Source: an uncultured Aminicenantes bacterium
GTDB lineage: Bacteria; Acidobacteriota; Aminicenantia; UBA2199
DNA length: 64,000 nt
Assembly (NCBI GenBank): GCA_965195285.1
Contig: CBDAFS010000012.1
Span: 64,001-128,000 of the forward strand
Direction: 5' to 3'
Below the pieces are notes generated by a model, which searched no databases, was not told where the DNA came from, and was given only the letters and a program-made list of their open reading frames with translations. Positions 8,101 to 17,907 of this stretch are shown here, in pieces. Made by a program: the position numbers and the translations under genes. The stretch's first letter is position 1, and every line of letters begins with the position of its first letter.

Positions 8101-9819
8101 CTACGGATTGGGGGGGCGCTTGGTACGATCAATGATATTGGTAAAGGGAAAGGGGATTTCAATGCCTTTTTGGTCAAAGGTTTTTTTAATACGGGTTTTT
8201 ATTTCACGGTCAATACCCCATTGTTTGCCGGGAACGGTTTTGGCCAGGATACGGAAATTGATGGACGAATCCCCGAATGACAGAATACCCTGCGGAACCG
8301 GTTCTTCGATTAACAGGGGATGCCACTCCCGGTCCTCATAAATATCGTGACATATTTGTTTTAATACAGACAGCACATTTTCACTGCTCTCATTATAACT
8401 TACTCCAACTTCAATGACGGCTCGGGACCACTGATGGGTGAGGTTCGATACATTGGTAATGCTGCCGTTGCGTATAATATGCAGGGTTCCGTTCAAAGAC
8501 CGGAGCCGGATGGTACGCAGAGAGATATTCTCCACCGAACCGCTTTTTCCGTCAATCTCCGCCACGTCACCTAGGGCCAGCTGTTCCTCCATGAGCATGA
8601 AGAAACCGGCCACAATATCCTTTACCAGTGATTGGGCACCGAAACCAATGGCCAGCGAGACACCTCCTGCGGCCAACAGGAAGGGAGCATAGTCAATGTT
8701 CAGTTCACCCAGTACCCACAGAACGGCCAGAACCCATAGGGTAATCTTGATGATGGAGAGAGTGATGGAGAACAGGGTCTGGTAACGTTGTTTTCGGTGG
8801 CCGGAGATGCCTGTATTCAGATCGATTCTTTTGATTATTCGTTTTCCCATCTGTCGGAAAATCCTGATCAACAGGACAACCAGAAAAAAGGCAATGATGA
8901 TGATGATAATCCCCTTCAGTATTTTTTTCTGGAAATCATTTTGCCGTTGTTTTTTCAGAGAGGTAATTTCCCTTTTTATATCTTGGCTTTTTTGCTTGAA
9001 GGTGTCTATCCGGTTTTCGGACAAATAGATGAAGGTTCTGGTGGTATTCAACCGGGGGATTTCCAGGCCGTTCAGGCGGATTTCCCTGACCTGAGCGGCA
9101 GTCCGGTGCAGCAGCTGTTCGAAGGCATTCTTTGAAAGTTTTGATTTGATTTTTGATTCCCGAATTTCAGCGGTCTTTTCTTCTATTTTTGCTTCCTGTT
9201 CTTTTTGACGGTTTCCCAGGCCTGCCAGTTTTTTGGTCTCACTTTCCAGATCATTGGACAGGATAACCTGTTTTTCCTCCAGCCTTTTGATTCGGGTAGA
9301 GATATTGATGACCTGATTGCCCCTCTGATCGATCTCCTTTTTTTCTTTATCAATTTCATTGGCCCTGTCCAGGGCCCGGACCCTTTCCTGTTCATTTTCC
9401 AGTCTGTTGATCAACAGGGCGATATGATTGATTTCCTTTTGAATGAGCAGGATACTGTTCTCACCGTCTCCGGAGAATTGTCCGAATTTTGACATGATTC
9501 GGTTTCGATGCTCCGGGTGTTCTTGGAAATATTTTAATAAAAAAGGAAAAATCTGGTCCTCTACCAGATTATAACGGTCGATGAGCAGGTTGAATTTTCT
9601 CTTGTTGAAATCGATACGCTCGATCAACTGGTTGGTTCTCTCCAATTTTTCGAATTCGGGAAATTTATTGGGTGCATATTCATCCAGGGTCAATACCTGG
9701 TTCTTCAATTCCCGCAGTTTCAATTCCATTTTTTGGAGCTCCCCGGGAATCCAGCTCTGGGGGAAGAGAATAACGCCGGTCAGTAATAAGCCCAAAAAAG
9801 TTGCTTGTCTTTTTTTCAT
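8101..9819 (-). CDS. MscS-family mechanosensitive channel with long N-terminal periplasmic coiled-coil
   Basis: AGGVSLAIGFGAQSLVKD, GDVAEIDGKSGSVE and GIEIPFP motifs; N-terminal signal peptide. Confidence 0.88.
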   Translation of the reverse strand: MKKRQATFLGLLLTGVILFPQSWIPGELQKMELKLRELKNQVLTLDEYAPNKFPEFEKLERTNQLIERIDFNKRKFNLLIDRYNLVEDQIFPFLLKYFQEHPEHRNRIMSKFGQFSGDGENSILLIQKEINHIALLINRLENEQERVRALDRANEIDKEKKEIDQRGNQVINISTRIKRLEEKQVILSNDLESETKKLAGLGNRQKEQEAKIEEKTAEIRESKIKSKLSKNAFEQLLHRTAAQVREIRLNGLEIPRLNTTRTFIYLSENRIDTFKQKSQDIKREITSLKKQRQNDFQKKILKGIIIIIIAFFLVVLLIRIFRQMGKRIIKRIDLNTGISGHRKQRYQTLFSITLSIIKITLWVLAVLWVLGELNIDYAPFLLAAGGVSLAIGFGAQSLVKDIVAGFFMLMEEQLALGDVAEIDGKSGSVENISLRTIRLRSLNGTLHIIRNGSITNVSNLTHQWSRAVIEVGVSYNESSENVLSVLKQICHDIYEDREWHPLLIEEPVPQGILSFGDSSINFRILAKTVPGKQWGIDREIKTRIKKTFDQKGIEIPFPFTNIIDRTKRPPNP

Positions 9820-10030
9820 TTTAATGTCCTCTCAATGATAATGAATTTTTATCAACCACTTGTTGATCGGTCCGGTACCCGAGCCGCACCATCTATGGGA
9901 AATTATATATCTATTTCCGGTAAAAAACAATAAAAAGTGGCAAGTGTTCCACTGCCTGAACCAATATTGTTGGGTCTGCGTAGCAATTATAGAAAACATA
10001 TGGGATAATAGTGAATGACCAGGAGGTTAA

Positions 10031-11374
10031 ATGAAACCAAAAAAGGACATGAAGCGTCGTGGTTTTTTGAAACATTCGGTATTCGGCATGGCCGGATTGG
10101 GTTTGTTGTCCGGTCCGACCGGTTTGAAATGTAATCAGGTCTCTGCAGACCTGAAACCGGAGCCGAAAATTCGGGAGTACCGTACCTTGGGGAGAACCGG
10201 GTTCAGGGTGTCGGATATAGGGGGTGGATTTCTTAAAGATGCGGGTTTGATCAAGGCCATGTTAACATCCGGGGTAAACTATATTGATACGGCCGAGAGC
10301 TACGGCAACCAGAAGGTTATCGGGGAGTCAATCCGGGATTTTGACCGAAAGAAAATATTTATCACCTCTAAACTGGAAATCAAGGAAGATGTCTCCAAGG
10401 AGGGATTCCTGAAGCGGACCCATACATGTCTTGAAGAATTGCAGACCGATTATATCGACTGCATGATGATGCACATGCCCGAGAAGCGTGAAACCCTGAA
10501 AACCGAGGGATTTCATGCTGCCATGGAACAGTTGAAGAAAGAGGGACGCATCCGTTTTGTGGGTGTATCCCATCACGGATCATTCTGGTTTCTCGATCCC
10601 GAAGAATCCATGGAAAATGTGCTCCTGGAGGCCGCTGCAGACGGGCGTTTTGATCTCATGCTGCTGGCCTACAATTTTCTCAAAATGGATGGCGGGCAGA
10701 AGGTTCTGGAGGTCTGCCAGCAAAAACAAATCGGAACCGCCCTGATGAAAACCAAACCGGTTAACACCTACCATAAAATTAAGTCACGGGTTGAGCAGTT
10801 GAAAAAAGAGGGTGAGAAAGTTCATGAACTCTATATGAAAGGGTTGGAACGGTATCAGAAAATAGCCCAGGGTGCCGAGGATTTCATCCGCAAGTATCAC
10901 TTGTCAAATCCGGAGGACATTCGCAATGCAGCGGTTTGTTTTGTGCTCAGCGAGCCCCGGGTCAATACCGTGTGTTGTTCGATGCGAAATTTTGAAGACC
11001 TGGAAAGATTTGTTGGCCTGTCCGGACAGCGTCTGACCGGGAATGACCGGAAAATGCTGGCCGCTTATCAGACTCATTGCGGCCAGCTCTACTGCCGTCA
11101 TGCCTGCGGACGCTGTGAGCCTGTTTGCCCACGGCAGGTCCCGGTCAATACCATCATGCGCTATGATCATTATTTTGTAGCCCAAGGCCGAGAAAAGGAA
11201 GCCATGGAATATTATGCCGCCATCCCCGGTAATAAAGCCGATAGCTGCCTGGAATGTTCCGGTTATTGCGAGGAGGCCTGTCCCTACGGGGTACCCATTC
11301 AGGGTATGCTGTGCATGGCCCATGAGAATTTATCCCTATCCCCTTTTTCCAAGGTGGGGAGTGTCAATTTTTGA
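10031..11374 (+). CDS. Tat-exported aldo/keto reductase with C-terminal 4Fe-4S dicluster
   Basis: KRRGFLK; YRTLGRTG, IDTAESY, ITSK; CRHACGRCEPVCP and CLECSGYCEEACP. Confidence 0.88.
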   Translation: MKPKKDMKRRGFLKHSVFGMAGLGLLSGPTGLKCNQVSADLKPEPKIREYRTLGRTGFRVSDIGGGFLKDAGLIKAMLTSGVNYIDTAESYGNQKVIGESIRDFDRKKIFITSKLEIKEDVSKEGFLKRTHTCLEELQTDYIDCMMMHMPEKRETLKTEGFHAAMEQLKKEGRIRFVGVSHHGSFWFLDPEESMENVLLEAAADGRFDLMLLAYNFLKMDGGQKVLEVCQQKQIGTALMKTKPVNTYHKIKSRVEQLKKEGEKVHELYMKGLERYQKIAQGAEDFIRKYHLSNPEDIRNAAVCFVLSEPRVNTVCCSMRNFEDLERFVGLSGQRLTGNDRKMLAAYQTHCGQLYCRHACGRCEPVCPRQVPVNTIMRYDHYFVAQGREKEAMEYYAAIPGNKADSCLECSGYCEEACPYGVPIQGMLCMAHENLSLSPFSKVGSVNF

Positions 11375-11375
11375 C

Positions 11376-11405
11376 TTGACATTTGGAATTTTGATCACTT
11401 ATAAT
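11376..11405 (+). promoter_or_regulatory. Sigma70-type promoter
   Basis: TTGACA-18 bp-TATAAT upstream of AAGGAG and ATG 11423. Confidence 0.6.
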
Positions 11406-11422
11406 ATCCCAAGGAGAGTCAA

Positions 11423-11848
11423 ATGAAAAAATATTCACTATTGATCGTTTTTATTATTGGTGTCTCCTTTTTTATAAGCGCCCAGGAACCGGTTCTCAAC
11501 CTGGGCAAGATTTACTTTCCCAGCTCATTTGTCCATGCCCAAAAAGACTATCAAAAAGGTACATACAGGGTTTTCCTGGCCACCACGGGTGAAGTTCCCT
11601 ATTTTAAAGTCTTTAACCGCAAGAATGAGTTTCTATTTGAAGAGATGGCCATTGTCAAACCGTACACGGGAAAGTATAAGAAATTCAAATACAGGCTGAA
11701 AAAAGGAGTATTAAGGGGATATGAGTACTTCAGAATACGGGTGACCCGGCCGGATAATATTTATCTGGCATTTTTCTTTTTGAAAAAAAGAGTTGTCAAG
11801 GAAGAGAAACCCAAGAAGCCCCCGGAAGATAAATCAGCCACTGACTAA
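11423..11848 (+). CDS. Hypothetical secreted basic protein
   Basis: RBS, promoter and signal peptide; no recognised domain. Confidence 0.7.
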   Translation: MKKYSLLIVFIIGVSFFISAQEPVLNLGKIYFPSSFVHAQKDYQKGTYRVFLATTGEVPYFKVFNRKNEFLFEEMAIVKPYTGKYKKFKYRLKKGVLRGYEYFRIRVTRPDNIYLAFFFLKKRVVKEEKPKKPPEDKSATD

Positions 11849-14172
11849 TTGTCTTTGGTGGTATTGTCGGTGTAATAATAATCAACTATTCTGGACCGGT
11901 CCTCTTCAGTACAGAATTCAAGGGGTTCGGTGCCGGTCAGAAATGACTCCATAAAAGGATACAGACAATCCGGTGTGAGTAACGTGCCGGTATATTTATC
12001 AATTTCGACCATGATCACACCCGATGGTTTCCTGAACTGCTGGGTCTCATCATATGTTTCCAGGTATTTTTCCATGAATTTCACAAATACGGGACAGGCA
12101 GCCTGGGAGCCGGTTTCCTTATCACCCAGGGTTCTTTTGATATCGAATCCAACCCAGACCCCGACAGTGATGGAGGGGGCGAAGCCGATAAACCAGGCAT
12201 CGGTATAATCGTCGGTGGTCCCGGTTTTACCGCCGATGGGAGCTTTCAGCCATTTGGCCCGCCAGCCGGTCCCGCTTTTAACCACCCCGCGCATTAGATA
12301 ATTCATCAGGAACGCCGTATCCTGTTCAAGTGCCTGTTTGCGGTCCGGGAAATTTTCTTCGATGAGGTTGTTGTTCTGATCCCGGATGGCTCTGATCAGG
12401 TAGGGATTGACCCGGATTCCCAGGTTGGGAAATACTGTATAGGCAGCCACCATTTCATTTAAAGTGACCTCAAAAACCCCAAGGGAAATGGCCATATAGG
12501 GTTTGATATCCGAGGTGATCCCGAATTTCCTGGCATATTCGACGATTTTTTCCGGACCCAGTTGCTCTACAATCCGGGCGGTACAGGCATTTCTGGATAA
12601 TTCGAATGCTCTCCTCAGGGTCAGGGGGCCCTTGAAACTCTTGTCTTCATTCTGGGGTTCCCATAACTCGTTCTGCCACTCGTCAAAGTAGGCAAAGGGT
12701 TCATCTTCGATGATGGTTGCCGGGGTGTAGCCGTTTTCCAGGGCAGCCGTATATACGATCGGTTTGAAGGTGGAACCGGTTTGACGAAGGGCCTGCGTGG
12801 CATTGTTCCACTTACTTTTTTCAAAGGAGTAGCCACCCACCATAGCCTTTATTTCTCCGGTCTTATTTTCCACCACCAGTATGGCGCCCTGTACTTCGGG
12901 CTCCTGTTCCAGGCCCAGATTCAGGGTTTTGGTTTTCTCATCGATATCCAGTATCTTGAAGAGTGTCACGTCCCCCTTTTTTAAAATCCGGTTCAGGGAT
13001 TTCCGGGTCCAGGCCGCATCGGCAGCCTTCAGCTGCCCTTGACGGGTGTCCACTCGAATGATTGCCTGGCGGCTGTTGACACTGAGCACAATACCGCTGA
13101 CGATATGGTCTTTTTCGAATTTCAGGTTTTTCCAGTCCGGGAGGACGTGCTCATTGATATCGAGTTGATTTTGCAGCAGATTGAATAGTTTATGATCCGT
13201 ACGCCATCCCCTTCGTTTGCTCAAATTCCTCAGACCTTCCCTCAACGATGCCTCGGCCAATTTTTGCATCTCGGAATTCAGGGTGCTGTAAACTTTTAAT
13301 CCTCCCTGGTAGAGGAGGATCTCACCGAACTTGGTTTCGATATATTTTCGGGTTTCCTCAAGGAAGTAATCGCCGATGGATTCTTTGACGGTTTCATGGG
13401 GCTCGCCGGGAAGTTCCTCCTTGATAGCCAGGTCATATTGGTTGCGGTCAATATAGTTGAGAAAAAGCATTCGCTGCAGTATCTGGTTTCTTTTTACCCG
13501 GCAGTTTTCAGGATTGGTAAACACATTGAAGAGCCGGTTGGGATTAGGATTGATGGCTGCCAGTAGAGTGGCTTCGGAAACGGTGATATCCTTGATGTGT
13601 TTTCCGAAGTAATACTGGGAGGCCGCTTCGACCCCGTAAACACTGGCCCCGAGAAAGATTTTATTCAGGTAGAAACTCAGAATTTGATCCTTGGAATATT
13701 TTCTCTCGATCTGAATGGCCAGCAGCATTTCGTTGAATTTCCGGGAAACGGATACTTCACGGGTCAGGAATAGATCCCTGGCTAACTGCTGGGTGATCGA
13801 ACTGCCTCCGCCCTTTCTTTTTCCGAAAATGATTCCGGTTATGGCCCGGAAAACACCCTTGAAATTAATGCCCCAGTGGGAATAAAATTCCTTGTCTTCG
13901 GCGGCCACGAAGGCTTCCTTGACGATATCCGGTATTTCGGAACTTTTCAGCACTTTTCTTTTCTCAATTGCAAATTCCTTGATCAGCATGCCCTTGTCAT
14001 TGTAAACAGTGGTCATGACCACCGGCTTAATATCTTCAAGGTTTTTGATCTGGTTGGGAAATCCCTTCTGGTAAACCAGAATGATTCCGACCAGGGAACC
14101 GATCAGCATGGTGAATACAATGCTGAGGAAAAACAGAATGATTTTCAGGTTTTTTAAAAGAAAATATTTCAT
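11845..14172 (-). CDS. mrcA: Penicillin-binding protein 1A (transglycosylase/transpeptidase)
   Basis: EDKEFYSH, GGSSITQQ, RKFNE; STFK, SRN and KTGTT transpeptidase motifs. Confidence 0.93.
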   Translation of the reverse strand: MKYFLLKNLKIILFFLSIVFTMLIGSLVGIILVYQKGFPNQIKNLEDIKPVVMTTVYNDKGMLIKEFAIEKRKVLKSSEIPDIVKEAFVAAEDKEFYSHWGINFKGVFRAITGIIFGKRKGGGSSITQQLARDLFLTREVSVSRKFNEMLLAIQIERKYSKDQILSFYLNKIFLGASVYGVEAASQYYFGKHIKDITVSEATLLAAINPNPNRLFNVFTNPENCRVKRNQILQRMLFLNYIDRNQYDLAIKEELPGEPHETVKESIGDYFLEETRKYIETKFGEILLYQGGLKVYSTLNSEMQKLAEASLREGLRNLSKRRGWRTDHKLFNLLQNQLDINEHVLPDWKNLKFEKDHIVSGIVLSVNSRQAIIRVDTRQGQLKAADAAWTRKSLNRILKKGDVTLFKILDIDEKTKTLNLGLEQEPEVQGAILVVENKTGEIKAMVGGYSFEKSKWNNATQALRQTGSTFKPIVYTAALENGYTPATIIEDEPFAYFDEWQNELWEPQNEDKSFKGPLTLRRAFELSRNACTARIVEQLGPEKIVEYARKFGITSDIKPYMAISLGVFEVTLNEMVAAYTVFPNLGIRVNPYLIRAIRDQNNNLIEENFPDRKQALEQDTAFLMNYLMRGVVKSGTGWRAKWLKAPIGGKTGTTDDYTDAWFIGFAPSITVGVWVGFDIKRTLGDKETGSQAACPVFVKFMEKYLETYDETQQFRKPSGVIMVEIDKYTGTLLTPDCLYPFMESFLTGTEPLEFCTEEDRSRIVDYYYTDNTTKDN

Positions 14173-14261
14173 ATTCTATTTGATAGTATAACACAGCCGC
14201 AGGTTTTAGAAAAGTATCCCGGCCCGGGAAGGCCGTGAGGGCCTGAAAGACACCGGCTTTT

Positions 14262-15254
14262 TCAGGGGAGGGTGCGGAGGAAACTGCGCTTGGCGATTTC
14301 GGCCAGTAAAAATATGATCAGGGCGATCAGGATAAAATAGGGGTAGAGATCCCGGGCCCGGGAGTATTTTTTGGTAGAGACTTCGGATTTCTCCCAGCGA
14401 TTGATTTCGGAGAATACCTGCTGCAGTGAATCCTTGTCTGTAGCCCGAAAATAGAGGCCGCCGGTGTCGTTAGCAATCTGCTGCAACAGGGCCTCATCGA
14501 TCTCCACGTTTACCATGATGTACTGTCTGCGGCCGAACTGATCGGTAATGGGAAACCGGGCTTCTCCTCTTTTACCCACCCCGATGGCATACACTTTGAT
14601 GTTGAAATCCCTGGCAATTTTGGCTGCATCCCGCGGATCGATTTCCCCCCGGTTGTTGACTCCGTCGGTCAGCAGGATAATGATTTTGGTTTTGGTCTTG
14701 GCATGGCGTATCCGGTTGACCGAGGTGGCCAGGGCCATACCCAGGGCCGTACCGTCTTCCAGCTCTCCGATGGAGGTTTCCCTTAGTACATATCTAAGTA
14801 ATTCGTAATCAATGGTCAGTGGACACTTGGTGTAGGAGGTGCCGGCAAAAATCACCAGCCCGATCCGGTCGTTTTGTCGCTCATTGATAAAATTGGATAT
14901 GACATCCTTGGCCACTTCCAGTCGGTTCTTGGGTTTGAAGTCTATCGAGGCCATGGAACCGGAAATGTCCAGGGTAATAAGGATATCAATCCCCTGCTTC
15001 TTTTCAATCTGATAATAATTCATCAGCTGGGGCCTGGCCAGAGCCAGGATGAATAAGACCAGGGCCAACAGTTTGAAGAAAAATAAATTTTTGGTCAGGC
15101 GCACTTTCAGGGACTGGCTGGAATCTGCCAGCAGTTTCTTGGAGGAAAAGAAAACAAAGCGTTTTCCCCTTTTTTGCATGAGGAAATGCCAGTAGATCAG
15201 CACCGGGACCATGATCAGCCCGATTAAAACAAGTTTATTGTGCCATTGAAACAT
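14262..15254 (-). CDS. batA: BatA-like VWA domain membrane protein
   Basis: ALARPQ, DISGS (MIDAS), GTALG, LLTDG and TGGLYFRA motifs. Confidence 0.88.
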   Translation of the reverse strand: MFQWHNKLVLIGLIMVPVLIYWHFLMQKRGKRFVFFSSKKLLADSSQSLKVRLTKNLFFFKLLALVLFILALARPQLMNYYQIEKKQGIDILITLDISGSMASIDFKPKNRLEVAKDVISNFINERQNDRIGLVIFAGTSYTKCPLTIDYELLRYVLRETSIGELEDGTALGMALATSVNRIRHAKTKTKIIILLTDGVNNRGEIDPRDAAKIARDFNIKVYAIGVGKRGEARFPITDQFGRRQYIMVNVEIDEALLQQIANDTGGLYFRATDKDSLQQVFSEINRWEKSEVSTKKYSRARDLYPYFILIALIIFLLAEIAKRSFLRTLP

Positions 15255-16173
15255 CTTGGTCTTTATTTTCCTCGATTACGATGGCTTTTTGTATTGATAT
15301 GATGGACTCGATCCCGGACTTTACTGCTTCAAGATCCGAGGAACCCGGCCGGAATTTGGCAAATTTCACCAGATCCGCTGTGGCGAATATAAATTCAAGG
15401 TTCTGTTGGATGGTGGTATTTTCTTCATTACGCTCCACATACATCATGGTTTCGGCAGTGGTCAGATCCTCGGCATTGAATCCGTATTCCCGTTGGAGAT
15501 AATTTTTGATTATTTCGGTTAAGGCGATGAAAAATTGTTTTGCCCGGCCTTTTTCAAGCCAATTCTTTTTGAATAGTTCACTGATGGATGATTCCAGTTC
15601 TTCCAGGGGAGAGAGAAGGAGTAGGGGCCTGGATTTTGTCTGTTGCTTTTTCTTGCGGATAAACAGGAAAATTAAAACCACCAGTAAACCCAGGGCCAGA
15701 AGTAAAAAGGCATACTTTAAGACATAAAACGGATTGCCCCGAATGGAAATCAAGTCCTTGATATCCTTGATGTCTTGATCTGATTTTTCCAATACGGATT
15801 TTATTTTGATATCCAGTGAATTGGTCGTTTTTTCCTCAACAATTTTGTGATCTCGGATCGTTTTTACCCGAAAGGGCCCGATGGTATGATTCCCGGTTGA
15901 AAAAAAAGAGACCACCTCATGGATTTCGAATACGGTGTGCTCCCTGGATTTCCGGCCGGGGAAATGATGCTTTGAAATCGATTCGAAGTTTTTCTCAAGA
16001 ATATCCACTTGGATATTATTGATTTCCAGAGTGGTTTTTACGACAATTTTCAGGGTAATCCGGTCCCCGATGGTGGCGATATTTTCAGATGCGGACAGGG
16101 AAACCTGGAGTTCAGGATACAGCAATCCGGTGGCAAGCAGGAAAAAAAGCAGTAAAGGCAGTATGGTTCTCAT
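15235..16173 (-). CDS. Bat-operon accessory membrane protein (BatD/DUF4381-like)
   Basis: Signal peptide, Ig-like region, one TM helix, TTAE and ADLVKFAK motifs; sits between DUF58 and batA. Confidence 0.75.
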   Translation of the reverse strand: MRTILPLLLFFLLATGLLYPELQVSLSASENIATIGDRITLKIVVKTTLEINNIQVDILEKNFESISKHHFPGRKSREHTVFEIHEVVSFFSTGNHTIGPFRVKTIRDHKIVEEKTTNSLDIKIKSVLEKSDQDIKDIKDLISIRGNPFYVLKYAFLLLALGLLVVLIFLFIRKKKQQTKSRPLLLLSPLEELESSISELFKKNWLEKGRAKQFFIALTEIIKNYLQREYGFNAEDLTTAETMMYVERNEENTTIQQNLEFIFATADLVKFAKFRPGSSDLEAVKSGIESIISIQKAIVIEENKDQDVSMAQ

Positions 16174-17051
16174 TTTTGATATTTTTTCTTTCTTCTCAGA
16201 AAGAAATTAAACAGGGGTTTTTCGTAATCTTTTTCCCGGTCAATATTGATGTGATCCACATTGTATTTATTGAAAAGTTCGGTCAGGAAATCACGGTTTC
16301 CATTCAAAATGTCCTGGAATTTCTGCCTGGTTTTTTTTAAAGAAAAATCCGTAAAAAATTCCTGTCCACTTTCACAATCTTTTAAAATGAATAACCCTTT
16401 TTTAGGGGGGACCAATTCCCTCTGATCCGATATGTTAATCGCAATCAGATCATGTTTCTGGCTGGCAATTTTAAGGGATTTGGTAAAACCGCTGTCAATG
16501 AAATCGGATATCAGGAATATGATGGCCTTTTTTTTGATCACCTTGTTTAAATACACCAGACCGTTATCAATGGATGTTCCCTTGCCTTCGGGTTTAAATG
16601 TCAGGATTTCCCGGATGATTCGCAGCAGATGGGTTTTTCCCTTTTTGGGAGGGATGTAGCGTTCGATTTGATGGGTGAATATAAGTAAACCGACCTTATC
16701 GTTGTTGAGCATGGCCGTAAAGGAAATAATGGCCGAGATTTCCGCGGCAATTTCTTTTTTGCTCTTGGCTCCGGAAAAGAATCCAAGGGAGGCAGACAGG
16801 TCAATGGCCAGGATAACGGTTAATTCCCTTTCCTCAACGAATTGCTTGATATATAGCTTTCCCATTCTTGAGGACACATTCCAGTCAATAAAGCGGATAT
16901 CATCCCCGAAGATGTATTCCCTGACCTCCGAAAACTCCATGCCCCGACCCTTGAAGGCCGAGTGGTATTCACCGGCTAGAGTCTCTTTGGAGGATTTTTT
17001 GGAGATGATTTCGATTCTCTTTATTTTTTTAAAAATTTCAGTTGATATCAT
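16170..17051 (-). CDS. DUF58 domain protein
   Basis: GMEFSEVREY, GDDIRFIDWN, EERE, DLSAS and ISDF motifs. Confidence 0.9.
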   Translation of the reverse strand: MISTEIFKKIKRIEIISKKSSKETLAGEYHSAFKGRGMEFSEVREYIFGDDIRFIDWNVSSRMGKLYIKQFVEERELTVILAIDLSASLGFFSGAKSKKEIAAEISAIISFTAMLNNDKVGLLIFTHQIERYIPPKKGKTHLLRIIREILTFKPEGKGTSIDNGLVYLNKVIKKKAIIFLISDFIDSGFTKSLKIASQKHDLIAINISDQRELVPPKKGLFILKDCESGQEFFTDFSLKKTRQKFQDILNGNRDFLTELFNKYNVDHINIDREKDYEKPLFNFFLRRKKKYQK

Positions 17052-17196
17052 TACCGATTATTGGCCCCGGGCCGTTAGGCCATTATATAAAAAATTTAAA
17101 AAAAATTCAATCCGGTTATTACTGATTTAAATCCGATTGGATTGGTTTATTTTTCATTTCGGTTGTGTTATAATACCGCTATATAAGGCAGTGGAG

Positions 17197-17907
17197 ATGG
17201 AAAATTCAATTGATTATATGGTCAAATGCTGGCGTTGTATGGCCGAATTTAATGCCATGGAAGCCACTTTCTGCAACCATCCCGGCCCCTCGAAAATTTG
17301 TCCCTTTTGCCTGGCCTGTTTATGCCAAGCCCCTGAGAAATATCAGCAAAAATTTTGGGAAAACAGCCCCCGGGAGTTGCTGAAAGAAAAACTGGTCATG
17401 GAGAACAAGGCCAGTATGAAACTGGGTGAGATTTTAATCAGGGCCGGGAAGATTACCACGGTTCAATTGAAGGATGCCATCTATAAACAAAAAGTGATCC
17501 GCAAGCCTCTGGGAGAAATTATTATCATGATGGATTTACTCACACCGGATGAATTGGAATTGTACCTGATTGACCAGAAGCAGATGGACGATATCGAGCT
17601 GAAGGACCTTAAAATAAATGTCGGCCTGGTTGAACGGATCGGGATTGATTTCTGTTCACTTAACCGGGTCATACCCCTGGAGATCTTTACACTGGACAAT
17701 GTGGAAGTCCTTCGCCTGGCGGTCACGCCGGGGGTGGATTTGAGCCAGTTGAAAATGAATGAACGGATCAAGGAGTTTACTGTGATTTCCTATAGTGCCA
17801 GCCCCGAGGAAATCGACAGTGTCCTGCGCACCTTCAAAGGAGATGTGGATGATAAGGACATACTGGTACTGGATGATGAGTCGGACCGTAAAACGGATCC
17901 CGGCTAA
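17197..17907 (+). CDS. Cys-rich Zn-finger plus MshEN/GSPII_N domain protein (no ATPase domain)
   Basis: CWRC...FC...CPFCLACLC; tandem KLGEILIRAGKIT...Q and PLGEIIIMMDLL motifs. Confidence 0.7.
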   Translation: MENSIDYMVKCWRCMAEFNAMEATFCNHPGPSKICPFCLACLCQAPEKYQQKFWENSPRELLKEKLVMENKASMKLGEILIRAGKITTVQLKDAIYKQKVIRKPLGEIIIMMDLLTPDELELYLIDQKQMDDIELKDLKINVGLVERIGIDFCSLNRVIPLEIFTLDNVEVLRLAVTPGVDLSQLKMNERIKEFTVISYSASPEEIDSVLRTFKGDVDDKDILVLDDESDRKTDPG

